DNA of 64,000 nucleotides, taken from Candidatus Moraniibacteriota bacterium (lineage in GTDB: Bacteria > Patescibacteriota > Minisyncoccia > Moranbacterales > UBA2206). The position numbers and the translations under genes are program-made. The notes under the pieces were generated by a model. It was not told the DNA's origin and ran no database searches. It saw only the letters and a list, made by a program, of their open reading frames with translations. Below are positions 36,553-46,985 of this stretch, piece after piece; position 1 is the first letter of the stretch; each line of letters opens with the position of its first letter. Location: positions 68,095 through 132,094 of the forward strand of contig JAUSNP010000006.1 of the NCBI GenBank assembly GCA_030645735.1. Direction: 5' to 3'.

Positions 36553-39270
36553 ATGGTAAAAAATAAAAACATCTACAACATGTCAGTCGCGGAAATCTTG
36601 AAAAAGTTTTCGACGACGGAGAAGGGGCTTTCTGAGGAGGAGGCGAAAAATCGTCTCAAGGAGTTTGGGCAAAACAAATTGCAGAAAAAAGCTAGTTGGA
36701 GATGGTTGAAATTGATTTGGAATCAATTCAATGATGCTTTGGTGTGGATTTTGTTGGTGGCAGCGAGTTTGGCATCATTTTTTCATGAGTGGAGAGATGT
36801 GACAATCATCTTGATTATTGTGGCCATCAATGCAACTATCGGATTTTTTCAAGAATGGAAAGCTGAGCGAATTTTGGATCAAATCAAAAATCTGACCACA
36901 GAAAAAGCGGTGGTTTTTCGCGATGGCGAGAAAAAGCAAATTGATACCAAATTTTTAGTGCCTGGAGACGCGGTATTTGTGGTGAGTGGTGACAAGGTTC
37001 CAGCCGATGGATATCTAATTGAAAATTATGATTTCAAAGTGAACAGTTTTATCTTTACTGGCGAATCAAAAGCGGAAAGCAAATCTGCCAAAGTCATCGC
37101 TGAAGAAAATGTGGCCTTGGCAGACATCGATAATATGGTTTTTATGGGTGAAACAATTGCAGTGGGTGAAGCAGTATTTGTCGTGACGGGCACAGGTATG
37201 AATACGGAGTTGGGCAAAATTGCCAATCTGACGCAAGAGGTGAAAGAAGATTTGACGCCAATGCAAAAACAAATGCGCACTCTCGGTCGTGATGTGACGA
37301 TTTTGTCAGTTTTGATTGGCGTGTTGGTTCTGATTGCTGGGCAATATTTCAACATGTCACTTTATCAGAATTTTCTTTTTGCTTTAGCCTTAGCAGTATC
37401 GGTCGTACCAGAGGGCTTGCCAGCGGCTATTTCAGTGGCCTTGTCACTTGGCATGAAAAGACTTTTGAAAGATAATGTATTGGCGAAAAAATTGAACGCC
37501 GTGGAAACTTTGGGCTCAGTGGATATTATTTGCACAGACAAGACCGGCACCATCACTTGCAATGAATTGACAGTCACCAAGGTGGTGGTCAATAATCAAA
37601 TTTTTGAAGTGAGTGGTAGTGGCTATGAACCGACTGGAAATTTCTCCATGGCTGGCAAAAATATAAAACCAACAGAAGTGCAGAATTTGGAATTGTTGTG
37701 CAAAATTGGCGCGCTTTGCAATGATGCTAGTTTAATAAAAGATAATGAGCAATATAAAATCATAGGTGATCCGACTGAGGGCGCGATTGTGGTTTTGGGC
37801 AAAAAATTCAATGCCAAAAAAGACTTCTTTGAAAAAGGTGAAAAGAAGCTCAGTGAAAATCCTTTTTCTTCCGACCGGATGCGGATGAGCGTGATTTTCA
37901 AAAATTCCAATACAAATTCTTTCGTGAAGGGTTCACCGGATGTGCTTTTGGACTTGTGTACGCAAAAAAAGATTGGCACGGAAATTACGCAATTTTCAGA
38001 TGTTGAAAAAGAAGCGGTCAAAAAAATGTACAACACTATGTCGGCTGAGGCTTTGCGGGTTTTGGCTTTTGCTTATCGCAACTTGGATGATGTTGCCAAA
38101 AAAGATTATGCGCAGGAAGCAGAGAAGAATTTGATTTGGGTTGGTATGATGGCGATGATTGATCCACCAAGGCAGAATGTGGGCGAGGCCATCAAAGAAT
38201 GCAAAAGAATGGGCATCAAGGTGATTATGATCACAGGCGATTATGAAATCACTGCGCGCGCCATTGCCAAGAATGTGAATTTGATTGATGGTGATGAAAA
38301 CACTTTTGAAATTATCAATGGAAAAACCCTGAATGGTTTGAAAGACGCGGAAGTATATAAAAAGATAAAAGCCAAGGACGTGGTTTTTGCGCGCATCGCG
38401 CCGGAACAAAAATTGCGCATTGCGACAATTTTGAAAAACAATCGCCAAGTGATTGCTATGACGGGCGACGGCGTGAATGACGCGCCAGCTTTGAAAAAGG
38501 CGGACATCGGTGTGGCTATGGGTGTGATTGGCACAGATGTTTCCAAAGAAGCGGGGGATATGATTCTGCTAGATGACAATTTTGCATCAATTGTGAAAGG
38601 CGTGAAAGAAGGACGGACTATTTTTGTGAATCTGAAAAAATTTATACATTATGTTTTCACTTCCAATGCCAGTGAACTCATCACTGTTATTTTTGGAGTC
38701 ATTTTGCAAATTCCTTCCCCAATTTCAGCGGTGCAGATTTTGGCGGTGGACTTGGGCACGGATATTTTTCCATCTTTCGCCTTGGGATTGGAACCGCATG
38801 AACCAGGCGCTGGCAGTGAAAAGGCAGTCAGCAAAGGTGGAGTGATGACGACGAAAGGTTTTCGTCGCATAATGTATCTGGGTGTGATTATGGCCACCGG
38901 CGCGGTCATCGCATTTTTGTGGTCAATGTTGCGTGGCGGTTGGCATTTCGGAGACAAAATTGATCTAGATGCGCTGTTGTATATCAAATCAACGACTGCG
39001 GCCTATGCCGTACTTTCTATGACGCAGATGGCCAATCTTTTGCAATCGCGCAGTGAAAAACTCTCGCCCTTCCAATTGGGATTTTTCAAAAATCCGCACG
39101 CCTTGTTTGCAATCCTGATTTCCTTTATAATGCTCTTGCTGTTTATGTATTTGCCAATCTTGCAAAAATATCTGCACATGGCACCAATTGATTGGAAAGA
39201 TTGGATAGTCGTAGCCGTATCATTTGTAGTGGTATTTGTGTGGGAAGAAGCCAGAAAAAGTGAGAAATAA
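36553..39270 (+). CDS. P-type cation-transporting ATPase (P2 type)
   Basis: TGES, PEGL, DKTGT, KGSP, TGD, GDGVND. Confidence 0.95.
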   Translation: MVKNKNIYNMSVAEILKKFSTTEKGLSEEEAKNRLKEFGQNKLQKKASWRWLKLIWNQFNDALVWILLVAASLASFFHEWRDVTIILIIVAINATIGFFQEWKAERILDQIKNLTTEKAVVFRDGEKKQIDTKFLVPGDAVFVVSGDKVPADGYLIENYDFKVNSFIFTGESKAESKSAKVIAEENVALADIDNMVFMGETIAVGEAVFVVTGTGMNTELGKIANLTQEVKEDLTPMQKQMRTLGRDVTILSVLIGVLVLIAGQYFNMSLYQNFLFALALAVSVVPEGLPAAISVALSLGMKRLLKDNVLAKKLNAVETLGSVDIICTDKTGTITCNELTVTKVVVNNQIFEVSGSGYEPTGNFSMAGKNIKPTEVQNLELLCKIGALCNDASLIKDNEQYKIIGDPTEGAIVVLGKKFNAKKDFFEKGEKKLSENPFSSDRMRMSVIFKNSNTNSFVKGSPDVLLDLCTQKKIGTEITQFSDVEKEAVKKMYNTMSAEALRVLAFAYRNLDDVAKKDYAQEAEKNLIWVGMMAMIDPPRQNVGEAIKECKRMGIKVIMITGDYEITARAIAKNVNLIDGDENTFEIINGKTLNGLKDAEVYKKIKAKDVVFARIAPEQKLRIATILKNNRQVIAMTGDGVNDAPALKKADIGVAMGVIGTDVSKEAGDMILLDDNFASIVKGVKEGRTIFVNLKKFIHYVFTSNASELITVIFGVILQIPSPISAVQILAVDLGTDIFPSFALGLEPHEPGAGSEKAVSKGGVMTTKGFRRIMYLGVIMATGAVIAFLWSMLRGGWHFGDKIDLDALLYIKSTTAAYAVLSMTQMANLLQSRSEKLSPFQLGFFKNPHALFAILISFIMLLLFMYLPILQKYLHMAPIDWKDWIVVAVSFVVVFVWEEARKSEK

Positions 39271-39317
39271 AAAAAATAAAAAACACTTCAGCAAGGTTAT
39301 CATATTGAAGTAAGAAA

Positions 39318-39527
39318 ATGAAAGACTTGATGCAAAAATACAAGAAAATAACCGGCGTGGTTTTTATAATCTTGGGAATCTTGGCTTTGATTACGCCATT
39401 GACTCCAGGGTCTTGGTTGATTTTTGTGGGCTTGGAATTGATTGGAATGCGACTGGCTTTTTATAAAAATTTGCAAAATGCTATAATGAATTTAGTAACT
39501 AGATATTCAAAAGAAAACAATGATTGA
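39318..39527 (+). CDS. Small membrane protein
   Basis: LITPLTPGSW hydrophobic hairpin. Confidence 0.6.
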   Translation: MKDLMQKYKKITGVVFIILGILALITPLTPGSWLIFVGLELIGMRLAFYKNLQNAIMNLVTRYSKENND

Positions 39528-40464
39528 TATTCAAAAAAATGTAGTTTTAGCGCCTCACACAACCTTCAAAATTGGCGGACCAGCCAAGGAATTTGTGGTG
39601 GTCAAAAATGAAGAAGAATTGCTTGAAGCCTTGCATTATGCTAAAGATAATAATCTAAAATATTATATCTTAGCTGGCGGTAGCAATGTTTTGTTTGCTG
39701 ACGAAGGTTTCGATGGTTTAGTGATTCGCATTTCAGGAAGAGGTGAAATCAAGTTGCTGGAAGATCAGAAAATTGAATCTTGGACGGGTGAAACTCTTGG
39801 GCAGATTGTGAATTTTTCCAAGGAAAATTCTTTGGCCGGCATGGAAAATTTGATTGGTATTCCTGGGTCAATTGGCGGGGCAGTGCGTGGCAATGCGGGA
39901 GCGTTTGGGACTGACACCAAGGATTTAGTTGAAAAAGTTAGAGCGGTTGATATTTCAAATAGCGAGAGTATAATTAGAGAGTACTCAAATGCAGAATGTG
40001 ATTTCGCCTACAGACACAGCATATTCAAAGAAAATCCGAAATTGATTATTCTGTCAGTTACATTGAAATTGAAGTCTGGCAACAAAGATGAGATATTTCA
40101 GAGGATGAAGGAAATAATAAAGACAAGAAATGACAAATTGCCGATGGGTTGGGTGGGGTGCGCCGGAAGCATCTTTGAAAATCCGCATGTAGAGAATGCA
40201 GAACTTCACGAAAGATTTAAGGCAGCAAGCGGATTCATCTATCCAAGTGGAGAGATTCCCGCCGGCTGGCTCATCAGTGAAATGGGGTTGCGTGGAAAGA
40301 AGATGGGTGGAATTGAAGTGAGTAAAAAGCATGCCAATTTCATCATCAACGCGGGTGGTGGCACAGCGAATGACGTGGTGATGCTGACCAGTTTCATCAA
40401 GCAACAAGTGCGAGACAATCTGGGTGTGCAACTCAAAGAAGAAGTGAATTATATTGGATACTAA
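39520..40464 (+). CDS. murB: UDP-N-acetylenolpyruvoylglucosamine reductase
   Basis: TTFKIGGPA, GGSN, IPGSIGGAVRGNAGAFG, KHANF. Confidence 0.96.
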   Translation: MIDIQKNVVLAPHTTFKIGGPAKEFVVVKNEEELLEALHYAKDNNLKYYILAGGSNVLFADEGFDGLVIRISGRGEIKLLEDQKIESWTGETLGQIVNFSKENSLAGMENLIGIPGSIGGAVRGNAGAFGTDTKDLVEKVRAVDISNSESIIREYSNAECDFAYRHSIFKENPKLIILSVTLKLKSGNKDEIFQRMKEIIKTRNDKLPMGWVGCAGSIFENPHVENAELHERFKAASGFIYPSGEIPAGWLISEMGLRGKKMGGIEVSKKHANFIINAGGGTANDVVMLTSFIKQQVRDNLGVQLKEEVNYIGY

Positions 40465-40482
40465 TTATTTAAGATTAAATAT

Positions 40483-40851
40483 ATGACAATCGCAAGCAAA
40501 GACAATGTGAGATTTATGTACAAGGGGCTCAGAGCAGATGATGAATCAAAGGCATATATTTTGAAGAGACTAGAGCGCTTGGATAAGGTGACGGAAAAAG
40601 TTTTGCACAAAGAAGTGGAAGTTGATTTGGACAAAAAAGGCAAATTCCGCGTTGAAGTGATGATCAAAACTGCCTATGATTTGTTCCGCGCTGAGGAAAC
40701 CACCGAAAGCATCGAAGGATCAATTGATTTGGTGGTAGACGAATTGAAAGTTCAAATCACTAAAGACAAAGATAAAAGAAAAACCCTGATGAAACGCGGC
40801 GCGCAATCAATCAAGAAAAAAGTCGTAGTCGACAAAAGCGCGCGATTCTAA
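40483..40851 (+). CDS. hpf: Ribosome hibernation promoting factor (short HPF/RaiA)
   Basis: AEE...SIDLVVDELKVQI..KDK pattern; upstream of secA. Confidence 0.8.
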   Translation: MTIASKDNVRFMYKGLRADDESKAYILKRLERLDKVTEKVLHKEVEVDLDKKGKFRVEVMIKTAYDLFRAEETTESIEGSIDLVVDELKVQITKDKDKRKTLMKRGAQSIKKKVVVDKSARF

Positions 40852-40872
40852 ATAAAAATTAAATCCATATAC

Positions 40873-40907
40873 TCAAAAGCCCCTTGTTTTGACGCAAGGG
40901 GCTTTTT
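40873..40907 (+). terminator. Terminator, copy 1 of a 35-bp direct repeat
   Basis: TCAAAAGCCCCTTGTTTTGACGCAAGGGGCTTTTT. Confidence 0.85.
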
Positions 40908-40960
40908 CTTGTTTTGTGATATAATATAAAAAATAAAGTTTTAAAAATTTATAAATCTCA

Positions 40961-40990
40961 ATCCTTCCATACGACCATATAAGGAAGGAT
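40961..40990 (+). repeat. 30-bp palindromic site, copy 4
   Basis: Identical to 2575-2604, same orientation. Confidence 0.9.
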
Positions 40991-41004
40991 TCAAAAACAA
41001 AAAA

Positions 41005-41760
41005 ATGAATCAAAAAATTCGAATTGAGATTGCAGTGGGATTTATTGCGGCACTAGCAATTTTGCTGGGTATATATTTTTGGAATAATGCCTCACAAATT
41101 TCGACAGGCGCACCAACAACCTCGAATATTGTTACTAAACCAGTTCAAAAAATGTGTACGCAAGAAGCTAAGTCTTGTGATGATGGCTCTTATGTTTCTA
41201 GAACTGGGCCGAATTGTGAATTCGCGGCATGTCCAAGCACAGATGCTTCGGCGGATATTGAGAAAAGTCGTATTGCCAATCCTGCTTCGATCAATTGCAC
41301 TCAGGAAGGTGGTCAGCTGGAAATTCGCACTGGAAATGACGGTGGGCAAGTTGGTTTTTGCAAATTTTCTGACGGATCAGAGTGCGAGGAATGGCAATTT
41401 TTCCAGGGTGAATGTAAATCAGGAAATAAAATTGCAGTTGAGTTTCCACTAGTAAATGCGGAAATTTCCAGTCCAATTTATGTTTCTGGTCGAGCGCGTG
41501 GCACATGGTTTTTTGAAGGTAGCTTTCCAGTAGAAGTTTATGATAGCAATAACAAATTGCTCGGCAGTTCGACCATCAGTTTTGCTCCCAAATCAGCGGA
41601 TGATACTTGGATGACCGAAAATTTTGTAAATTTTTCCGGTAGTGTAAAATTTAGCCAGCCTACTACAGCTAGTGGATATCTGCTTCTCAAGAAGGACAAT
41701 CCATCTGGCAATTCTGCGACGGATGAAGCATTGAGGCTAAATGTAAAATTCAAAAAGTAG
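41005..41760 (+). CDS. Membrane-anchored protein: Cys motif, DUF333-like, Gmad2-like Ig domain
   Basis: CTQEAKSCDDGSYVSRTGPNCEFAAC, ANPASINC...CEEW, G.ARGTWFFEGSFPV. Confidence 0.8.
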   Translation: MNQKIRIEIAVGFIAALAILLGIYFWNNASQISTGAPTTSNIVTKPVQKMCTQEAKSCDDGSYVSRTGPNCEFAACPSTDASADIEKSRIANPASINCTQEGGQLEIRTGNDGGQVGFCKFSDGSECEEWQFFQGECKSGNKIAVEFPLVNAEISSPIYVSGRARGTWFFEGSFPVEVYDSNNKLLGSSTISFAPKSADDTWMTENFVNFSGSVKFSQPTTASGYLLLKKDNPSGNSATDEALRLNVKFKK

Positions 41761-41810
41761 CGTATGTCTATAAATTAGAGGGCTTTAACTTTGAAAAATA
41801 TTTATAACTA

Positions 41811-41845
41811 TCAAAAGCCTCTTGTTTTGACGCAAGGGGCTTTTT
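41811..41845 (+). terminator. Terminator, copy 2 of the 35-bp direct repeat
   Basis: TCAAAAGCCTCTTGTTTTGACGCAAGGGGCTTTTT, one mismatch to copy 1. Confidence 0.85.
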
Positions 41846-41893
41846 TTGATAGAATTATAGGGTTAAATAAGGCTTTAAAATAAGGTAAGGATC

Positions 41894-41992
41894 TGTCTTT
41901 GCGATTCGCCAGCTGGCGAAGAAGCAATCTCGTTTGGGTGAATTAAACCTTGAGATTGCCACGTCGTCCGAGGCGGACTCCTCGCAATGACA
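41894..41992. repeat. Palindromic intergenic repeat (TGTC.TTGCGA...GAAGCAATCT...AGATTGCC...CTCGCAATGACA)
   Basis: Nested inverted repeats of the RPE/REP-like type upstream of secA. Confidence 0.75.
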
Positions 41993-42002
41993 ATATAAAA
42001 TT

Positions 42003-44630
42003 ATGGGAATTTTCAGTAAACTGTTTGGTTCAAATCAGCGGGAAATTGCAAAACTTCGACCGATTGTGGAAAAAATCAATTCATATGAAGCGGCCATGCG
42101 TCGGCTTTCAGATGAGGAGTTGCGTGGCAAGACGCAAGAATTTAGAGACAGAATTGCCAAGGGTGAAACGCTGGATGAACTTTTGCCAGAGGCTTTCGCG
42201 GTTGTGCGCGAAGCAGCGGATCGCGTGAATGGCACACGACCTTTTGAAGTGCAGTTGGTTGGTGGCATCGTGTTGCACCAAGGCAAGATTGCTGAGATGA
42301 AAACTGGCGAAGGAAAAACTTTAACTTCAACTTTGCCAATCTACTTGAATGCACTTTCTGGCAAGGGCGTGCATGTCATTACCGTGAATGACTATTTGGC
42401 ACGACGCGACTGCAATTGGATGGGTTCAATTTTCTATTTCTTGGGTGTTTCCACAGCTTGCATCATCCATGATGCGTCATATATTTATGAAACAAAAGTA
42501 AGAGATGCATCAGAAGTGACAGTTGAAATGGAAAACTTGCGTGAAGTGATGCGTCGTGATGCCTACAACGCTGACATCACCTATGGAACCAATAATGAGT
42601 TCGGTTTTGATTATTTGCGTGACAACATGGTGCAATCTACCGCTCAGATGGTGCAACGCGAATTGAATTTTGCCATTGTAGATGAAGTCGATTCAATCTT
42701 GATCGATGAAGCGCGAACACCTTTGATTATTTCCGCGCCTGACACTGAATCGACAAAGCTTTATCAACAATTTGCGCAGATTGTACCGAAGTTGAAAAAG
42801 GATGAGGATTATGAAGTGGATGAAAAAATGAAAGCGGTGGTCATCACTGATTCTGGAATTTCAAAAGTGGAGCAAATGTTAGGCATTAGCAATTTGTATG
42901 AAACTGGTAAAATAGGTTTCGTGCATCATTTGGAACAAGCCTTGAAAGCCCAAGTGATTTTTCAACTCGACAGTGACTATGTCGTGAAGGATGGCGAAGT
43001 GATTATTGTGGATGACTTCACTGGTCGCTTGATGCCAGGGCGAAGATATTCCGAAGGTTTGCATCAAGCCATTGAAGCCAAGGAAAATGTAAAAGTGCAA
43101 AAAGAATCGCGCACACTGGCCACCATCACTTTCCAGAACTATTTTAGAATTTATAACAAGTTGGCTGGTATGACTGGAACAGCTCTGACTTCTGCCGAAG
43201 AATTTTTCAAAGTATATAATGTGGATGTGTTGGAAATTCCAACTAATCGCGTGATGCAAAGAAAAGATTTGGCAGATGTGATCTACAAAACCGAAAAAGG
43301 CAAATTCAATGCCATTATGGAAGAAATCAAAGAAGTGAGCAAAAAAGGTCAACCAGTTTTGGTGGGCACCATTGCCATTGAAAAGTCAGAATATTTGAGT
43401 GCGCTTTTGCAGAGAAATGGTGTGGCGCATGAAGTTTTGAATGCCAAGAATCATGAACGTGAAGCTTCAATCGTGGCCAAGGCTGGTCACAAAGGTTCTG
43501 TGACTATTGCCACTAACATGGCTGGTCGTGGAACTGACATCAAATTGGGTGAAGGCGTGAAGGAATTGGGTGGACTTTTAATCATTGGAACCGAACGACA
43601 TGAGGCACGCCGCATCGACAATCAGTTGCGCGGACGCGCCGGACGACAAGGTGATCCGGGAGTTTCACAATTTTATGTTTCCTTGGAAGATGAATTGATG
43701 CGTCGTTTCGGTGGAGACAAATTGAAGAATATGATGGATCGCTTAGGCTTGCCAGAAGATCAGCCGATTCAAAATGCTATCATTTCCAAGTCTATCGAGA
43801 GCGCCCAATCAAAAATTGAAGGTTTCAACTTCGATATTCGCAAACACGTTTTGGATTATGATGATGTCATGAACAAGCAACGTGAAGTTATCTACAAAAA
43901 AAGACGCGAGATTTTGGATATGCAAGACACGAAAAGTGAAATGCTAAATTATATCGGCGAAGAAATTGAGCATGCAGTTTCTTTCAATTGCGCCGGTGAT
44001 GAGGTGGATTGGGATGTCCAAGAAATCAACAACAATTTCCACGGAATAGTTTTTGCGCAAGGTGATTTGACTGGCAAATTGGCTGAAATCAAAAATGACG
44101 CACGCCACAATTCAGCGGAAAAAATCAGTATGATTATTGAGTTTTTGCTGGGCGTAGCTAAAGAGGTCTATGGCAAAAAAGAAATGGAAGTGGGCGCGGA
44201 ACAAATGCGTTCGATTGAAAAGGCGGTGATTTTGCAGACCATGGACATGTCTTGGATGAATCATTTGGATGAGATTGATTATTTGCGCGAGGGAATAGGG
44301 CTCCGTGGTTATGGACAACGCGATCCATTGATTGAATACAAGCGCGAAGCTTTCAGTATGTTCTCGCATTTGATGGAAAACGTGCGTGCCAACATCGTCA
44401 GCACAATTTTCCGCGTCAACACAGTTTCCACCCAACAAGCGCCGCAAGAAAAATTGAGTTTCAGTGGAGCCAATGATGAAGTGGAACAATTTGGCGCCGC
44501 CAAGACCGTGGAATCTGGTGAAAAATCTGAAGTTAAAAGATCACCCATTATCAATGATGACAAAACTGGACGCAACGATGCTTGTCCGTGTGGAAGTGGT
44601 AAAAAATATAAAAAATGTTGCGGAAAATAA
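42003..44630 (+). CDS. secA: Preprotein translocase ATPase SecA
   Basis: MKTGEGKT, DEVDSILIDEARTPLIIS, QLRGRAGRQGDPG, SEC-C motif. Confidence 0.99.
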   Translation: MGIFSKLFGSNQREIAKLRPIVEKINSYEAAMRRLSDEELRGKTQEFRDRIAKGETLDELLPEAFAVVREAADRVNGTRPFEVQLVGGIVLHQGKIAEMKTGEGKTLTSTLPIYLNALSGKGVHVITVNDYLARRDCNWMGSIFYFLGVSTACIIHDASYIYETKVRDASEVTVEMENLREVMRRDAYNADITYGTNNEFGFDYLRDNMVQSTAQMVQRELNFAIVDEVDSILIDEARTPLIISAPDTESTKLYQQFAQIVPKLKKDEDYEVDEKMKAVVITDSGISKVEQMLGISNLYETGKIGFVHHLEQALKAQVIFQLDSDYVVKDGEVIIVDDFTGRLMPGRRYSEGLHQAIEAKENVKVQKESRTLATITFQNYFRIYNKLAGMTGTALTSAEEFFKVYNVDVLEIPTNRVMQRKDLADVIYKTEKGKFNAIMEEIKEVSKKGQPVLVGTIAIEKSEYLSALLQRNGVAHEVLNAKNHEREASIVAKAGHKGSVTIATNMAGRGTDIKLGEGVKELGGLLIIGTERHEARRIDNQLRGRAGRQGDPGVSQFYVSLEDELMRRFGGDKLKNMMDRLGLPEDQPIQNAIISKSIESAQSKIEGFNFDIRKHVLDYDDVMNKQREVIYKKRREILDMQDTKSEMLNYIGEEIEHAVSFNCAGDEVDWDVQEINNNFHGIVFAQGDLTGKLAEIKNDARHNSAEKISMIIEFLLGVAKEVYGKKEMEVGAEQMRSIEKAVILQTMDMSWMNHLDEIDYLREGIGLRGYGQRDPLIEYKREAFSMFSHLMENVRANIVSTIFRVNTVSTQQAPQEKLSFSGANDEVEQFGAAKTVESGEKSEVKRSPIINDDKTGRNDACPCGSGKKYKKCCGK

Positions 44631-44711
44631 CATGGGTGTGGATAACTTATTCTTTGCATGCGACTATTTTTAGTTTATAATAATAGTAGTAAATAATAAA
44701 TTTTTTTAAAA

Positions 44712-46283
44712 ATGAAAACCAATAAAAAAATCGTGGGGGCGATGACAGTTTTTGTCATGTCTTTTGCAGTTACGAGTGCAACTTGCTCAGCAGAGGATGT
44801 TGTGACTACGGATGTGGCAGTAAATAATATTGCGAGTAATGCCGGCATCTCATATAGTAGACTCAATCTAACGGATAAAATCGTTTCATCTGATATTAAA
44901 AACAGCACAATCACAGGAGCTGATATTAAACGGGGTGCTGTGAGTAGTGGGGATATAAAAAATCGAACTATTGCTTCAATTGATATCGAAAAAGGAGCCA
45001 TTAAAAGTGGTAGCATTGCAGATGATTCTATAGGTAATGATAAATTGAAAGAAGATGCTGTAACTTCGGATAAGATTCAAGACGGCGCAATCGTAACTGG
45101 AGACATTGCAACTGACACTATTTTGGCAGGCAACATTGCGACTGGCGCAATTGGCACAGCTGAAATTCTGGATGGCACGATTCTGGATGCTGACATTAGT
45201 CCTGCTGCAGCCATTGCTTATAGCAAATTACTGTTTGCTAATAATATAGTTGCTGGAGATATCGCAACTGGGGCTGTTGCCACAGATGAAATTCTAGATG
45301 GAACAATTTTGACTGGAGACATTGCTGCCGACACTATTTTAGCAGGCAACATTGCGACTGGGGCAATCGGCACAGCTGAAATTTTAGATGGTACGATTTT
45401 AGGAAGCGACATTGCCAATACTACTATTGCCGCAGCTAATATAGTGGCTGACACTATTGACGGAGCTCAGCTAGCTGACACGATCACATTAGATGCTAAT
45501 CTAGTTTTGAATGGCGCCAATGTGACCGGTAATGGCACTCTTGGTGAAGTTGGCTCGCGTTGGTCAACAATTTATGCTGACACTTTGAATTATTCAAGCG
45601 CTATTGCAGATGATAATTCAGCCAACACAACTGTTGCTTTCGGAGATAATAGCACAAGTGATGCAGTGAATATTACAGCTAATACAACCATTACTGATGC
45701 GGAATGGTCAATTTCGAATGCAGGTGTTGCCACATTTGCTTCGATAGACGGTGTTGTTGGGTCAATAACTCCTGCCGCTGGTTCATTTACGACACTCTCG
45801 GCGACAGGCGCGTTGACAACTGGTGACATCACTGCTTATGGTGCAACTGCAAATAATAACCTAACTGTTAATGGCAAAGGAACTGGCAGTGTGAATTTGG
45901 GTGATGCGGATAGTGACGTTTCAGTTATAAATGCTTTGACGATTGGAAATAGCGCCACCATTACTGCTGGCGGATTGATAATTACAGCTGGTGGGTTGGA
46001 TATGACTGGCGATTCCATAACCAATGTTACGCAAGTCGGTGATTCCAATGATAATTTGGCAATTACAGGTGATGACTGGGATGTTACAAATGGTGGAGTT
46101 GCTACATTTAAAGGTTTGACTTCGACTAGCGCTGTTGATTTAGATGGGGCATCTTCAGTTAGTGTGCCAGCTGCGACATTGGGCGGGGCATGCTCAGTTT
46201 CTGGTGCAATTGGTGTCAATCCAGCTGGAAATGCAGGTGAGAGAATAATGGTTTGTAATGGAGCTAATTGGTTGGCAAATTAA
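44712..46283 (+). CDS. Secreted repetitive fibre/adhesin-like protein
   Basis: Signal-like N-terminus, 5-residue-periodic I-x-x-x-x repeats, Thr/Gly/Asp-rich beta repeats, C-terminal ..CNGANW. Confidence 0.75.
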   Translation: MKTNKKIVGAMTVFVMSFAVTSATCSAEDVVTTDVAVNNIASNAGISYSRLNLTDKIVSSDIKNSTITGADIKRGAVSSGDIKNRTIASIDIEKGAIKSGSIADDSIGNDKLKEDAVTSDKIQDGAIVTGDIATDTILAGNIATGAIGTAEILDGTILDADISPAAAIAYSKLLFANNIVAGDIATGAVATDEILDGTILTGDIAADTILAGNIATGAIGTAEILDGTILGSDIANTTIAAANIVADTIDGAQLADTITLDANLVLNGANVTGNGTLGEVGSRWSTIYADTLNYSSAIADDNSANTTVAFGDNSTSDAVNITANTTITDAEWSISNAGVATFASIDGVVGSITPAAGSFTTLSATGALTTGDITAYGATANNNLTVNGKGTGSVNLGDADSDVSVINALTIGNSATITAGGLIITAGGLDMTGDSITNVTQVGDSNDNLAITGDDWDVTNGGVATFKGLTSTSAVDLDGASSVSVPAATLGGACSVSGAIGVNPAGNAGERIMVCNGANWLAN

Positions 46284-46365
46284 TATAAATCTACTTCACA
46301 TTGGAAAAAACAATCCGCCATATAAGCGGATTGTTTTTTTGTTATTTTTGAGGTAAAATTGATGT

Positions 46366-46971
46366 ATGAGTAAAAGAGTCATAAGTGTGACTGTAATCCT
46401 AGTGATCATTATTGTCAGCGCTATTGCGTATAGTATTTTTTTGTTTTCAAAAAAAGATTTTTTGGGCTGGAGATTGAACTTAGGTGTTACCAAGATTGAA
46501 ACGAGTGAGTATAAGGGGCTTGCTCCGAATATCAATTTCAAATATTCAAAAATCTTTGAAATTGACTCTGATGTTGACAAGAAATATGGCGTAGGTTATG
46601 TAGTTGGATTGAAATTGAAAACTGACAATCGGACAGGTTGCGACATTCGAATCGGTGGACCAGAATTAGATTTCTCAAAAGATTCTCAATCACTGGCTGA
46701 TAGCATTGTTGGTCCAATTAAAGAAAAAGCCAAGAATTTTGATTTAATTGAAAAAACTAAAACTAAGATTGGTGGCCAGGATGCTCTTGAGATTTCATTT
46801 TCATTTCTAGATCCAATCGGAGCCAGAATTAGGCTTGATCAGATTTTTGTTAAAGATGGTGATAATAATTTTATTATTATTTGTGGCACAGGTGAATATC
46901 CATATGAATTTTTCAAAAAAGACTTCCGCTCATTCTATAATTCAATAGATTTCAATTCAAAAATTAATTAA
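46366..46971 (+). CDS. Membrane-anchored PsbP-like hypothetical protein
   Basis: N-terminal TM helix, KIGGQDALE motif. Confidence 0.65.
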   Translation: MSKRVISVTVILVIIIVSAIAYSIFLFSKKDFLGWRLNLGVTKIETSEYKGLAPNINFKYSKIFEIDSDVDKKYGVGYVVGLKLKTDNRTGCDIRIGGPELDFSKDSQSLADSIVGPIKEKAKNFDLIEKTKTKIGGQDALEISFSFLDPIGARIRLDQIFVKDGDNNFIIICGTGEYPYEFFKKDFRSFYNSIDFNSKIN

Positions 46972-46985
46972 TCAAAAGTAAAAAA

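Noticed and set aside
41950-42228. 92-aa ORF overlapping the secA start
   Set aside because: Arises from the palindromic repeat plus an alternate frame of secA.
44712-46283. Prophage tail gene
   Set aside because: No phage structural, packaging or integrase genes nearby; has a signal-like N-terminus and its own terminator.
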